From NCBI RefSeq assembly GCF_006345805.1, contig NC_043013.1:4030001-4094000 (forward strand): 64,000 bases of DNA, written 5' to 3'. The notes beneath the pieces are model-generated. The model saw nothing but the letters and a program-made list of their open reading frames with translations. It was not told the origin of the DNA and made no database searches. The DNA is from Octopus sinensis (taxonomy: Eukaryota). Within the stretch, counting starts at the first letter, position 1. Every line of letters begins with the position of its first letter. A program made the translations under genes and the position numbers. This document shows positions 26,201 through 38,427 of this stretch, piece after piece.

Positions 26201-26781
26201 CAAACAAATTTTTTCTCTGGCGCGAGGAAAGGAGCCTTATCGGCGATGCCTATAGCGGCGGACGAAAAACAACGATGTTAACACGACGCTGGTCAGAAGC
26301 TGAAAGGCAGATTTCGGCCAGCAGTCACGTGACAGAGAGAGAGAAAAGAAAAGAAAGAGAAGCAACGGAAGAGAGAGAGAGAGGAGAGAGAGAGAGAGGA
26401 GGGACAAACGCAACAAAGAGAGAGAAGAGAGAGAAAAGAAGGAATCAGAGAGGAGAAGGATGGGGGTGTCGAAGATTGACCTGTGAGTGCAGAGCGAGAC
26501 AAAGAAATAGGAGGGTAGTGGAAGATTAGACCAAAGAATCAGAGGAAAGAGAAGAGAAAAAGAGGATGAGTAGAGAGAGAAGGGGACAGATCAAGTAAAA
26601 GTGAGAGAGAGAGAGAGAGACAAACAAAGAGTCGTACCAGTTATTAAGAATATGTGCTCACATTAATGTTAAGAGGGTACGTGGCGCCTGGAAATATGTT
26701 AAGGTATGTAGAAAAATACAACATGGACAAGAACGTATAACTCTTAGAAGACGATACATAAACACGGACAGGACATTCGAA

Positions 26782-26818
<37 letters not shown>

Positions 26819-26836
26819 GTATGTATATATGTAACA

Positions 26837-26909
<73 letters not shown>

Positions 26910-26912
26910 TAT

Positions 26913-26948
<36 letters not shown>

Positions 26949-27088
26949 TATATATATACACACACACACACATATATATATATATACATATAATATATAT
27001 ATATATTATATTATATATATACATACATACATACATACATACATGCATACATATATAGGCACAGGAGTAAGTGTGTGGTAAGAAAAAC

Positions 27089-27809
27089 AATTTCTAGAAC
27101 TGGATACAGGGCGCTCGACCGAAATCCACCATTGCATAGAGTTCCACAAATTATATTTATGTGTATCTTTCAAATGCCTTCACTTTGGCGCGCTGGGATC
27201 GGAAATTACTCTGCAGTTAATAAACTACAGCAGTCAATTTACCGGTTAGAGAAATCAAATAAGGGTAGAAATTGATATTAATCAATTAAAACCAGTGGTC
27301 TAGTATATTTTTAAAAATCCGAAGATTAAAAATTTTTTTACACACAAAATTTAGAGGATTGACCACTAAAAGTGGACAGCCTGTATACTAGAAATAGACG
27401 TCAAAATCGCCATTTTCCACGGTCGCCATTTTCGTTCGAGCGCCCTGTATCTAGTTCTAGAAATTGTGTTTCATAAACGACAGACTATGCTGATGATCTT
27501 GCAGATGTTTATGTATTCATATACGTAAATTATTAACAAGTGAAACTAATTAGTACATAGGTAATCGTTTTTTATTTCGTATATTTTCCTTTGTCTTGCT
27601 TATTTTTACGCTTTGGTTTTTTGTTGAATTTTTTCTTGAGAACACGTTCTCCGTGGAAAATGATTTTGACATCTATTTCTAGTATACAGGCTAACTACTT
27701 TTAGTGGTCAATCCTCTAAATTTTGTATGTAAAAAGATTTTTAATCTTCGGATTTTTTATATATACTGGACCTCTGGTTTTAATTGATTAATATTGATTT
27801 CTACCCTTT
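27089..27809. mobile_element. Interleaved inverted repeats (MITE/foldback-like)
   Basis: 27089-27124 pairs with 27430-27465 (34/36); about 27260-27422 pairs with about 27648-27809 (roughly 90%). Confidence 0.75.
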
Positions 27810-27812
27810 AAT

Positions 27813-27870
<58 letters not shown>

Positions 27871-28372
27871 TATATATTATATATATATATATATATATAG
27901 CTTTCCCGTTCTGCAACAAACAGCAGAACAGGAAAATTCCGAGTTCTGGAGTCTGCTGAGAAAGGATACAAACAAGGGGCATCACATTATTAAGTTTTGG
28001 TTCATAATTCCGTTAAATGCAGATTTCAAAATTTCGCACTAGGGTGCCACGAATGGCTTTCGTCCCTTTGCGATTCAGCTCAGGTTTGACAACACAATCT
28101 TTGTGTCTTGTGTTGAAGAATAGGTTGAAATTGTCTAGTTGGTGACGCGCAAACACGCGCCATCTCAAACTGATATATTCAATATGACCTCCATCTCGTG
28201 CAATATATCACAAATGGATAGGTAAAGGACCTGATATGGGTGAAACTTTGATCAATCTAGATCAATCGAAATCTTTCAATAGAGTCAACTACCAATACTT
28301 GGCAACTGCCTTTCCACAAAAATGAGAAAACTAGTTCTTACTTTCTTCCTTTTACCTAGTTTGGCCTTACTC

Positions 28373-28910
28373 AGAATAGGCAGTGCGAATGCACTTGGTC
28401 TGGGGTCACCCCTGAAGCGGTGTCACACTCCCCAAGGAACTTAGCTCAGTATATAGATAAATGTCGGCTATCAGCGAGATCAGAATTTCTGAGGAACGCT
28501 TCTTTCACGCCCACCTCGCTGGCTACGAAATGTACGCATCTCCTGGGCAACTGGAATAGAGAGATGCAGCCATTGAGATATATCGGAAGGGTCTGGCTCT
28601 CCCGATAGCAATCACCTTCTTGGGCCCTAAAGTTGAGATGGTAGTGTTTGACCTGACCAGTAGCGAAGTACATACGTTCTGAGTTGTAGCCTCCTGAATC
28701 CCCCCAAAAGGGCTGGTGGTCAGTTTCATTTGGCAACTGCCAGGAAGCCGCGAGCATTTGACGTCATTCTAGGTACTATATACCCTGCCTAGGCTCTCGC
28801 TTGGCCCATGATGGTACTTTTGTTAAAAGAGACAAGCTGGGAGAAAAACGGTCTGAGCGACTACACGGATTCACCATAAAAACCCCCCACTAGATACGTC
28901 ATAATATCAG
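28373..28910 (+). pseudogene. Decayed APE endonuclease of an L1/Tx1-type LINE
   Basis: Across frameshifts and stops: RIGSANALGLGSPLKR (SxNxxGL..KR), SAISEIR, GYEMYAS, AIEIYRKGL, VVFDL, VVAS*IP (VxxYxP), RAFDVIL (GDFNxxL-like). Confidence 0.55.
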
Positions 28911-29127
28911 CACATATATGCGCATCACTAGCTACAGCATACCCAAACCACCACGTGGCGGGTGTTGACAGCTGGTGAACCGTTTGACCGGTGGTACGCG
29001 TTACTTTCAGAAAGTCAAAAGAGCAGACGCTCCAGTCTGGTCAGATGTAAGCAATGCACAACGATCAGGCGGTAGCATGAAGGAAGCAATGTAAGCATTC
29101 GCCACCTCTGCTTGACCCTCCAGGAAT

Positions 29128-29513
29128 GGGAAGCACTCCGTCGGTTACGACGACGAGGGTTCCGGTTGATCCGAATCAACGGAACAGCCTGCTCGTGAAA
29201 TTAACGTGTAAGTGGCTGAGCACTCCACAGACACGTGTACCCTTAACGTAGTTCTCGGGGATATTCAGCGTGACACAGAGAGTGACAAGGCCGGCTCTTT
29301 GAAATACAGGTACAACAGAAACAGGAAGTAAGAGTGAGAGAAAGTTGTGGTGAAAGAGTACAGCAGGGATCACCACCATCCTCTGCCGGAGATTCGTGGA
29401 GCTTTAGGTGTTTTCGCTCAATAAACACTCACAACGCCCGGTCTGGGAATCGAAACCGCGATCCTATAACCGCGAGTCTGCTGCCCTAACCACTGGGCCA
29501 TTGCACCTCCACT
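29128..29513 (-). mobile_element. SINE C (C head plus C tail), full length
   Basis: tRNA-like head GGAGGTGCAATGGCCCAGTGGTTAGG...GGTTTCGATTCCC; 11-bp TSD CCTCCAGGAAT at 29117-29127 and 29514-29524. Confidence 0.93.
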
Positions 29514-30274
29514 CCTCCAGGAATAGCTCATTTCTCAATGGAATAGGCCGTCCTTTACGCCGAGTATCAATCTCACCAAAGTCAACTTTACTTTAAATTC
29601 TTCTAGATGGATAACCCAATAGTCAAGAGCTTGGGTCGATATAACCGAGTGCATCTCTCCCATGGTTGAGGTTTTCTGCCTACATTAGAAAGTAGTTAGG
29701 CTCAGTGAAATTTTGCCCATACTAGAAAACAGTATTTACGCTTGGAAAAATTTGTGCATGTGTGTGTTTTGTGGTTGTTTGTCTTTTCATTGCTAATGGT
29801 TAAGTCAATATTGTCATCCTTATCTGTTACAAGCACTATTTTTCTTTGTGTGTTTGTTCGGCGATGTTAGCTTTCTTTTATTTTTCTTTCTTTTTCAAAT
29901 CTATGCTAATACTTTATTCACAAATATGTCTTAGCTGGGAGTTTATTTGTTTATATTGGTACTATCATCGCTGTGGCAAGTACATCTTTCTGCAAACCAC
30001 CATATAAAGCGCCTTGTTGAAACAGAATCAACAAAAAAAAAAAAAGAATTCAACAAAACTGTTCAAAAATAACAACAAAACTGAGCAAAAGATAATGAAA
30101 GCAAACTTCTCGTCTCCGCTTGATAGGACAAAGTGAAAGCCAAAAAATCGCCAAATTCGTCAAAACAGGAGTAGATGTAAACACATCTTGTCAGGACAAC
30201 GACAACTAGAACAGCAACAGAAATCTCAGCAGTAACAACAACAACAGTAAGTTAGTTGATTAAATCTACCCAAG

Positions 30275-30306
<32 letters not shown>

Positions 30307-30529
30307 CATAATTCTGATTTATTGGCCACAAGGGCAAACAAAAATCAAAGAAAACGTAAGGGCAAATACAAGAGAAATCCTCTTTTCTATCGGCACAAAG
30401 CCTGACATTTTGGAGGAGAGGGAAGTCGATTCAACTGGTACTCATTTGATCGATCCCGAAAGGCTTTTAAGACATAAACAATTTTTAAAACATTAGAAGA
30501 GCAATTTGAAGGTATTTAAACAATATTTC

Positions 30530-30920
30530 GGATCTTTTGGGTTTGAACGGCAGTTTTTAACATAATTTCTAGGTAATTAAAAAATGTTAAGCTTCGTATA
30601 CTGGTAGAATGTGTTTATAAAACATCTTTTTCTCTTGGCTTTATTGAGAAAATTCTATAGTTTGTAATCAGTGACGTCTATTGAGTTAAAAAACATTCTG
30701 TGCCGTATGAATATGTCCCTCGTTTAAGAAACAGATTGGGTTTATTTACATTTGTGAAGAAAAAAAAGATACCCTTCCCCCACCCCTAACTCTAACTCTA
30801 ACCCTAACCCTAACCCTAAAAGAGATTGAAATGCAATAGATCGATTCTAGGGTCATAATTATGGGTGACAATTTCATATGACACCGCTAGAAAAAACTGT
30901 CGTTCAAACCGAAAAGATCC
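30530..30920. mobile_element. 391-bp MITE with 29-bp TIRs and 8-bp TSD, carrying (CCCTAA)-type repeats
   Basis: TIRs 30530-30558 and 30892-30920 (27/29); TSD AATATTTC at 30522-30529 and 30921-30928; six CCCTAA/CTCTAA units at 30784-30819. Confidence 0.88.
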
Positions 30921-31253
30921 AATATTTCCACGGCGGCTTCATCTCTCGTTTTCTTCATTTTTAACCATTCATTCCTGGTTAATTTACATATGAAGCAGTG
31001 GTTGAATTTACTAATAATATATATTGTGTAGTGATAACAACGACGAAACGTCGTTATTTGTCACTCCGAGAAAGAGACCTGATTTGAGTTGTCTGGCTCG
31101 ACTATGACTGACTTTCAGGTGTTTTTAACACCAGGCGCACTGAAAGTATATATTCTCTTACGCCTATAATGCAGCCGAACCACGAACTAACAACACACAC
31201 ACACACGTACGCGCGAACACACGCGCACACACGCGCACACACACCACATACAC

Positions 31254-31385
31254 ATGACGGGCTTCTTTTAGTTTCCGCCTACTTAATCCACTCACAAGTC
31301 CTTGGGTGGTCCGAGGCTACAGTAGAAAACCCTTGCCCAAGCTGCCACGCAGTGGGACCGTTTACAGAACTATGTGGTTAAGCCA
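31254..31385 (-). mobile_element. SINE A left-half fragment
   Basis: Reverse-complement match to the A head and core. Confidence 0.75.
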
Positions 31386-31414
31386 CTTCTGTGCCATATA
31401 TATATGTGTGTATG

Positions 31415-31635
31415 TGTGTGTTTGTCCCCCACCACTGGTTGAAAACCGTGGTTGGTTTGTTTATGTCTCCATACTCAAGCGGCGGTCGGCCAAAGTGATC
31501 GATACAATAATTACCAGGTTTAAAAAAAAGTAAGTACTAAGGTCGATTCGCTCGACTAAAAATTTCTCTAGGTGGTGACCCAGCATAGCCGCAGTCTAAT
31601 AACTGAAATAAGTAAAAAATAGAAGAGATAAAAGA
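31415..31635 (+). mobile_element. SINE A right half, diverged
   Basis: TTTGTCCCCCACC...CTCGACTAAA...CCCAGCATAGCCGCAGTC...AAGATAAAAGAT; orientation opposite to the adjacent left half. Confidence 0.7.
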
Positions 31636-32317
31636 TATATATATATGTCTTCCGCATTCTTATTCTATTGTGGTGCATTCACCATCACTACAGTCATCGT
31701 CGCCATTATCACCTGAATTATTTTTCACGGCTACAATGATTTAGCCGGAAATACTTAATTCATCGTTCTTTATTTTTTTAAAAACTGTAACCCCCTCCCC
31801 ACAATCTCCAATCCATTGCTATCACCAACACAAACGCAAACAGAGTCACCACTATGACTACCAAGCACAACAAGAGCATCAATATCAACATGCACGGCAG
31901 ATATAAAAGTCAGACAAAGAAAAAGAACATGTAAATAAAATCCTGTCGTTAAAAAAATATCTACAAAACAACAATAGTCATTATTTGTTTTATTATTCTC
32001 AGTATCATTTCTTGACACAACAACAGTGGATTCAGTTAGTTGTTGAAAGGATAACAGGAACCCTTCAAAATATATCCTTCCACTGCCTATACTAAAGGGA
32101 AAGAAACTAAAAACATTCAGTGTTTATTTTTGGTTACTGTAAACCTTAAGAACTAAGGAATTCAGAAAGAAAAAAAGCCCGCTTTATTTTAAATGGCATT
32201 TTATTTATGTTTGCTACTTCATTTGTTGTCGCTTTGCAACAATGAGAGAGAAGACGCATGTATTTATCTATTTGCACGCACACGCTAGCGCACACAGACA
32301 CATACGCACACACACAC

Positions 32318-32386
<69 letters not shown>

Positions 32387-32401
32387 AATATATATAAATA
32401 T

Positions 32402-32555
32402 ACAATTTATAAGTAAGGGCAAAAGAAAAAAATTCCTATGCCAAAATATACCGAAAAAAGACACAACGTCAATTAAATGGTTATTGACGTTGTGTCTTCT
32501 TTCGGCATATTTTGGTATTAGAAATTTTTTTCTTTTGCCCTTACGTATAAATTGT
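32402..32555. other. Hairpin/MITE-like inverted repeat, ~72-bp arms, 9-nt spacer
   Basis: 32402-32473 versus 32483-32555, roughly 90% complementary by eye. Confidence 0.9.
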
Positions 32556-32657
32556 TTATAAATTTAACCTTTAAAAGTATTTTTTAATATGCTGGCCATA
32601 GATAGAATTTTTTTCGAAAAATGTTATCCTACATTAGATGTGTATATATATATATAT

Positions 32658-32725
<68 letters not shown>

Positions 32726-32969
32726 GGGATTGAGGGAATAATTATAATCCTGGCCATCACCTCATTAGCTCATCATGCCGGATCTTGCCTATCGTAGTAT
32801 TTCCAAAATCAAAAGGAGATCCGTAAGACTTCGACTGATATAAATGGAAACAGTACACGCCTCCAGGGTAAGATCCAACAGGCTTAATATAAACCCGCAG
32901 GGTGAATGATAGAAGTAATAATTAAAGGAAGAACAGAGAAGGGCAAATTAACACCACAATAATAATCTT

Positions 32970-33177
32970 TTCTACTCTAGGCAAAAGGCCAGAAATTTTG
33001 GGGGATTGGCGCAGTCGATTAGATCGACCCCAGTACGCAACTGTTGCTTAATTCATCGGCCCCGAAAGGATGAAAGGCGAAGTCAACCGTCTCGGAATTT
33101 GAACTCAGAACGTAGCGGCAGACGAAATACAGCTAAGCATTTCGCCCGGCGTCCTAACGATTCTGCTAGCTCGCCGC
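32970..33177 (-). mobile_element. SINE B (alternative tail)
   Basis: Reverse complement of the B head and core, with a CAAAATTTCTGGCC-type tail. Confidence 0.85.
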
Positions 33178-33183
33178 ATTTTG

Positions 33184-33228
<45 letters not shown>

Positions 33229-33911
33229 CCCATACAAGGAATTTATAGATATTTTAATGCATTGCTACGCGCGTTTCCACAAATCCCACGTTTCTTATGA
33301 TCGTAGTCCGTATTTCCTGGATGATTAATGTACAGCCCGTAGTATCCATGGGCATTGGTTGGATCATAATCATGTGTTCATTTTCTTAGGTGATATGGCA
33401 GCAACAGAATAGCTGTACTTGCTGATTCTACCACATCGGAATTCACTGAGGGGGCCCCTGCTGTGACTAAAGTAAAACCTATGAAACACACTACCCATCC
33501 TGACATCTGCATACTCAAATATGAAAATAAATCTAAAACCAGCACACACACCTCCCTCTCCTTTATAATCACCATTCTTTTCTCTCTTTCCATCACTTTC
33601 TACTCCTCCCCACCAAATCCACACGGAACTGCCCACATACCCCCAATCAAACCTTCATTGGTCAAAATTGATAAACAACTTTCAGTTATACATTCGCTGC
33701 CTTCAACGTTAATGCCAAATCGCCTGAAGAAATAAACGCATGAATATGATCTACTCGATGTCCAAGGATATATTACGGGCAGTACTGTAATCATCTCAGG
33801 AATACGGACTGTGATCGTAAGAAAGATGTGATTTGCGCAAACGCACATAGCGATACATTAGAATATTTATAAATTCCTTCCATGGAGTATTATTATTATT
33901 ATTATTATTGG

Positions 33912-34270
33912 GGAGGCGCAATGGCCCAGTGGTTAGGGCAGCGGACTCGCGGTCATAGGATCGCGGTTTCGATTCCCAGACCGGGCGTTGTGAGTGTTTA
34001 TTGAGCGAAAACACCTAGGCTCCGGCAGAGGATAGTGGTGATCCCTGCTGTACTCTTTCACCACAACTTTCTCTCACTCTTACTTCCTGTTTCTGTTGTA
34101 CCTGTATTTCAAAGGGCCGGCCTTGTCACTCTGAATATCCCCGAGAACTACGTTAAGGGTACACGTGTCTGTGGAGTGCTCAGCCACTTACACGTTAATT
34201 TCACGAGCAGACTATTCCGTTGATTCGGATCAACCGGAACCCTCGTCGTCGTAACCGACGGAGTGCTTCC
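33912..34270 (+). mobile_element. SINE C (C head plus C tail), small internal deletions
   Basis: Close match to the reverse complement of 29128-29513; sits in an (ATT)n tract. Confidence 0.92.
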
Positions 34271-34300
34271 AAAATCCAATTATTATTATTATTATTATTA

Positions 34301-34337
<37 letters not shown>

Positions 34338-34803
34338 TATTGCATTTATCCTACATTATATTGACATAGCTCGCTACAACCCCATAAAAATGCTATAAGT
34401 ATTATGATGGCTGTAGCCGGCATAATAAAATAGGAGCGTGTTACTAATAGTTTGTTGTTTCTGAGGACAAGCAAAATAATGAATTATAACATGTGTAACA
34501 GCTCCGCATAGTCATCACGCACAAGCCACATAGCATAACGAACTAAAAATTGAATGAAAGAAGAAGCGCAACAAGTCGAGAAGGAAGCATATAGAAAATG
34601 TGGAAAAATAATAAAATAATAAAAAATCAGTAAAAAGGTAAAAGGGTTATCTCCCTTAAACCTTAAATTACAAGGCTGGAAAAAATAACGACAAATTAAT
34701 CAGATGTCAGCAGAATTTTCCAGTTCTTCAAAAGGAACTTAGGCATATATGTACAATCGCTGAAATTTTCAGATCTAGGGTTCAGTAATGAGTTAGAGAT
34801 TTT

Positions 34804-35051
34804 GTGAAAGGTAGGAGAGTCCAGTTTGCTGGACATTGTGTAGAGCTGAAAAAGAAGTAATTTCTACTCTTCTCCTCTGGACGCCATCTACTCGCAATAC
34901 CAGAGGGCGCACACTCTCCTACCTTGATGTAATCTCCAGGGATACAGGCATCCAGCAACAGGACCTCCGTAATGCCATGATGGGCCGTGAAGTCTGGCGT
35001 AGCATGGTAAATTCCATTGTCTCGACCACGGTCGAACAATAATGATGATGA
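34804..35051 (+). mobile_element. 3' end of an RTE-type LINE, 5'-truncated
   Basis: RRVQFAGHC / RAEKEVISTLLLWTP..GRTLSYLDVISRDTG..L.NAM.GREVWR* followed by an (ATG)n tail. Confidence 0.8.
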
Positions 35052-35059
35052 GAGATCTT

Positions 35060-35248
35060 AGATCCGAAAAGTATCTGAGCTCTTTCAGCTAAGCACAGCT
35101 TACATTTATTTGATGCGTTAACATAAGGTGTGGGTTTCCCCATTATTTCCCGCTTAATCGTATGAGGATAAGTCTTCTTATCGGTTGTATTATCATCTAA
35201 CGTTGCAGTAATTACCTCATATATGACAGATTTAATTGTACATCGCTG
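35060..35248 (-). pseudogene. Penelope GIY-YIG endonuclease fragment with internal deletion
   Basis: CTIKSVIYEV...KKTY fused to IKREIMGKPTPYVNASNKCKLCLAERAQILF; the central catalytic part is missing. Confidence 0.7.
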
Positions 35249-35385
35249 GTCATCCTTTAGGGGTCGAAAAAAAAGTAACAGTTGAGTCGATGTAATCCAC
35301 TTACATCTTCCCCTGAAATTGCTGGTTTTGTACTGTGCCCCAGCATAGCCAGTCAAATGACTGAAACAATTATAAGAGCAAAAGC
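35249..35385 (+). mobile_element. SINE fragment: B core joined to the A-type tail
   Basis: CATCCTTTAGGGGTCGA...GTCGATGTAATC...GAAATTGCTGG, then CCCAGCATAGCCAGTCAAATGACTGAAACA. Confidence 0.6.
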
Positions 35386-35386
35386 G

Positions 35387-35496
<110 letters not shown>

Positions 35497-35549
35497 ACAT
35501 CTCTGCAACAAGTGGTGTCTGCATATACAGATGGCTATATATTCATACT

Positions 35550-35854
35550 GTGGAGGCGCAATGGCCAAGTGGTTAGGGCAGCGGACTCGCGGTCGTAGGA
35601 TCGTGGTTTCGATTCCCAGACCGGTTGTTGTGAGTGTTTATTGAGCGAAAACACCTAAAAGCTCCACGACGCTCCGGCAGGGGGTAGTGATCCCTACTGT
35701 ACTCTTTCACCACTCTTTCTCTCACTCTTTCTTCTGTTGGCCTGCTCGCTTAGCCAGCGGGGTGGCTTTATTCGAAGGCTAAAACAATGCGAACGCATTG
35801 TGACCAGCGATGTGTAGCAACATCTGATGGTCTGGTCGGTCACGTGACCACGTG
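35550..35854 (+). mobile_element. Chimeric SINE (C head plus D tail), full length
   Basis: 13-bp TSD ATATATTCATACT at 35537-35549 and 35855-35867. Confidence 0.92.
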
Positions 35855-36681
35855 ATATATTCATACTACATAAGCGTTAGGACAATTGGTATAGAGTGGA
35901 ACATGTGGTCATCACCAATGGATCACATTGGAGATGGTAAGGGTTTACCTCACCGCTAGCGATATAAACGAGAGTATATTTTGCACCCAAACCCAATATG
36001 AGAGTTTTTCTTATTGTAACTGCCGCAGTATACTTTGTTCTAACAGAACATCCATGTTTAAATGGGGATAAGTATGACGTCTTGTAATACATGGTATGTG
36101 TGTGTGTGTGTGTTTGTGTGTATGTTTATGTATGTATATGTGGATGCATGTATGTATATAGAAGTATGTGTCTATGTGTGTACGGTTCTGTGTGTGTGTA
36201 GAATAGTATTGTTATTTTGTTCACCTATGTATACATCTTTAGAGCTCTACGTGTATACACACACACAAACACACACACACACACACAAGCATTTATATAG
36301 GTGTGTGTGTGTGTGCATGTTTGAACGTAGAATATGTGTACGCTTTTGAGAATCTCAGCATATAGACCTCTATGTTTAAAAATGAGAATGCGTGTGTTTG
36401 CAGACATGCACGTGTTTTGTGATAAAGGGATTTGCTTTAAGTTACGGAGGCCTTTCAGAGTAATAAACAACGAGAGCTGTTTCTGCTGTCTGGACCCCAC
36501 ACAACCATTATTCCAAACGCCATAACAATCATTAACTCACCGCTTTCGGTTCAGAATGATTATAAACAGGTAAACGCTTATGTTCTAGTGTATATCTATC
36601 AATTATTTGGTGTTTAAGGTCAGCCTAAAAGGAAAACTGTAAAACTTTTTAAAGAGAATATTAATTTGTGTATATCTACAT

Positions 36682-36820
36682 AAAAAGCGTCGGCTGAAAA
36701 GTTTCATAGGTTGACCAAGATGCTCTCATGGAATGTGACCAAATGAGGTTTATTTTTCAATATAGTCCCCGTTGCGGTCCACACACTTCTTCATTCGGTA
36801 CTACAGTGCTTTGATTCCTT
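36682..36820 (-). mobile_element. Mariner right end (transposase C-terminus plus TIR remnant)
   Basis: Minus strand reads GIKAL*YRMKKCVDRNGDYIEK*, then a TIR-like ...AACTTTTCAGCCGAC. Confidence 0.7.
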
Positions 36821-36900
36821 TGAAGAAGCTTTCAACATTTTGGTAATAAAAAGTCATCAACAACAGATATACTTAGACATGTATGTACATATGTAATTAT

Positions 36901-37343
36901 GATTTCAAATTTTGGCACAAAACCAGTAATTTCGGGAAGGGATTTAGTCGATTATATTGACTCCAGTACTCAATTGAAATTTATTTTATCGACCCCAATA
37001 CGAAAAAAAGGCAAAGTTGACCTCAGCAGAATTTGAACTCAGAACGTAAAGACGGACGAAATGTCGCTACCCATTTTGCCCAGCGTGCTAACGATTCTAC
37101 TAACTCGCCGCCTTCCCAGCATATACAATATTGATTTCAAATTTTGGCAGAAGAGTAGAAATTTATGGAGGAGTAAGACGATTACATCGACCCCAGTGTT
37201 CAACTGGTACTTATTTTATCGACCCCAAAAGGATGTAAGGCAAAGTGAACCCTGGTGGAATTTTAACTCAGAACATAAAGACGAACAAAATGCCATTAAG
37301 CATATTTGCCGGTGTGCCAACGATTCTGCCAGCTCACCGCCTT
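36901..37343 (-). mobile_element. Two adjacent diverged SINE B copies (about 36901-37112 and 37132-37343)
   Basis: Both show GATTTCAAATTTTGGCA tail, ATCGACCCC core and CTAACGATTCT...CGCC head (reverse complement). Confidence 0.8.
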
Positions 37344-38067
37344 GCCAGAATGTATGATATTTCTAAAGCTGCATCACAAAGATTAAGATTCCTTTTTAGG
37401 GCCGAGAAATAAGTTTAAATCAGTTCCTGTTACTCTACGTTGTAGTCAGACGCGTATTGTCACACGCAACTAATCGAAGGTCATTCCGTTGATCAGTAGT
37501 GGTTTCGGAAGTCCTTCCATTGACTGGAAATCCTTCTTTCACCGGTTAGCTACAGACGTTGGTTTACAACCGTGTGGCTTTGTCTTTTGTTTTTATCTCT
37601 GCAACAAAGCCTCTGTTCTGAAATATTTAACTGAAACCTTCTGCACGAAAGACCTCTCATCCTATACGTCTCTTCTTTCGCCATGTTTCCTACATCTCAC
37701 CTTCTTGGCCCAAGCGCAATGCTTCACCCAGCTCCTTATTCTGTGAACTTCATTCTTCTGGACATATTTTTTGAAAACCATTGCCATATAGATGCTGAAG
37801 ATAACGAGTAACTGCATCAATCTAATCAGATCGATAAAGGTTTTCCGCCACTGATTGTCTTATTCAAGAAAAATCAGCTTCAAACAGAAATAGTTATCAA
37901 TAGTTATCATTGCTCCAGTATTGTACTGGAGTCGGTGGCTATAAAAATAGAGATGAACTCTGTTGTTCTGATTGAAATCATTTCATTTGTATGAAACATG
38001 TATATTTGTGTGTACAATAAAAGCATGTATGTTTATAGATGGCAAAAGACATAGAGATACTTTTCCC

Positions 38068-38178
38068 ACGTTCCAGGCACTTGATGTAGGCCTCCGTGTT
38101 GAGTCTGAGGTCGTGTTGGAAAAAGAATAGAAGCATAAACGTCGCCATCACTAGTGATCACTCCAACCATTTGTATTC
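38068..38178 (-). mobile_element. Fragment of the maT-like transposase family seen at 38736-39549
   Basis: GTGATCACTAGTGATGGCGACG...CTCAGACTCAACACGGAGG shared. Confidence 0.75.
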
Positions 38179-38427
38179 ACCTATGTGTTCCGTGTTCATC
38201 TACTGCATATACTTTATGCTGTAGCAGCCGCTTATTGATATCACATTAGGATGAATAACTCTTTTCGATAACAATAGCTGGCACCTAATATTATGCAAAT
38301 GATTTGGGGCCCGTTAAGTTTGATAAGATTATCTGTGGTCTTAAGTGGTTTCCTGTGTATATGCATAGACAGATTGTGTGTCTCCTTGTGTGTATAAATA
38401 TGTTTGTACTGGTGCGCGCGGGTGGTG

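Noticed and set aside
33373-33735. About 120-codon open frame on the + strand
   Set aside because: No recognisable domain, partly low complexity, no clear exon boundaries.
33912-33985. tRNA genes (also 20320, 29440, 35552, 45810, 46580, 47772)
   Set aside because: A/B-box-like heads continue into shared SINE bodies, often with TSDs, and lack a proper acceptor stem; they are SINE heads.
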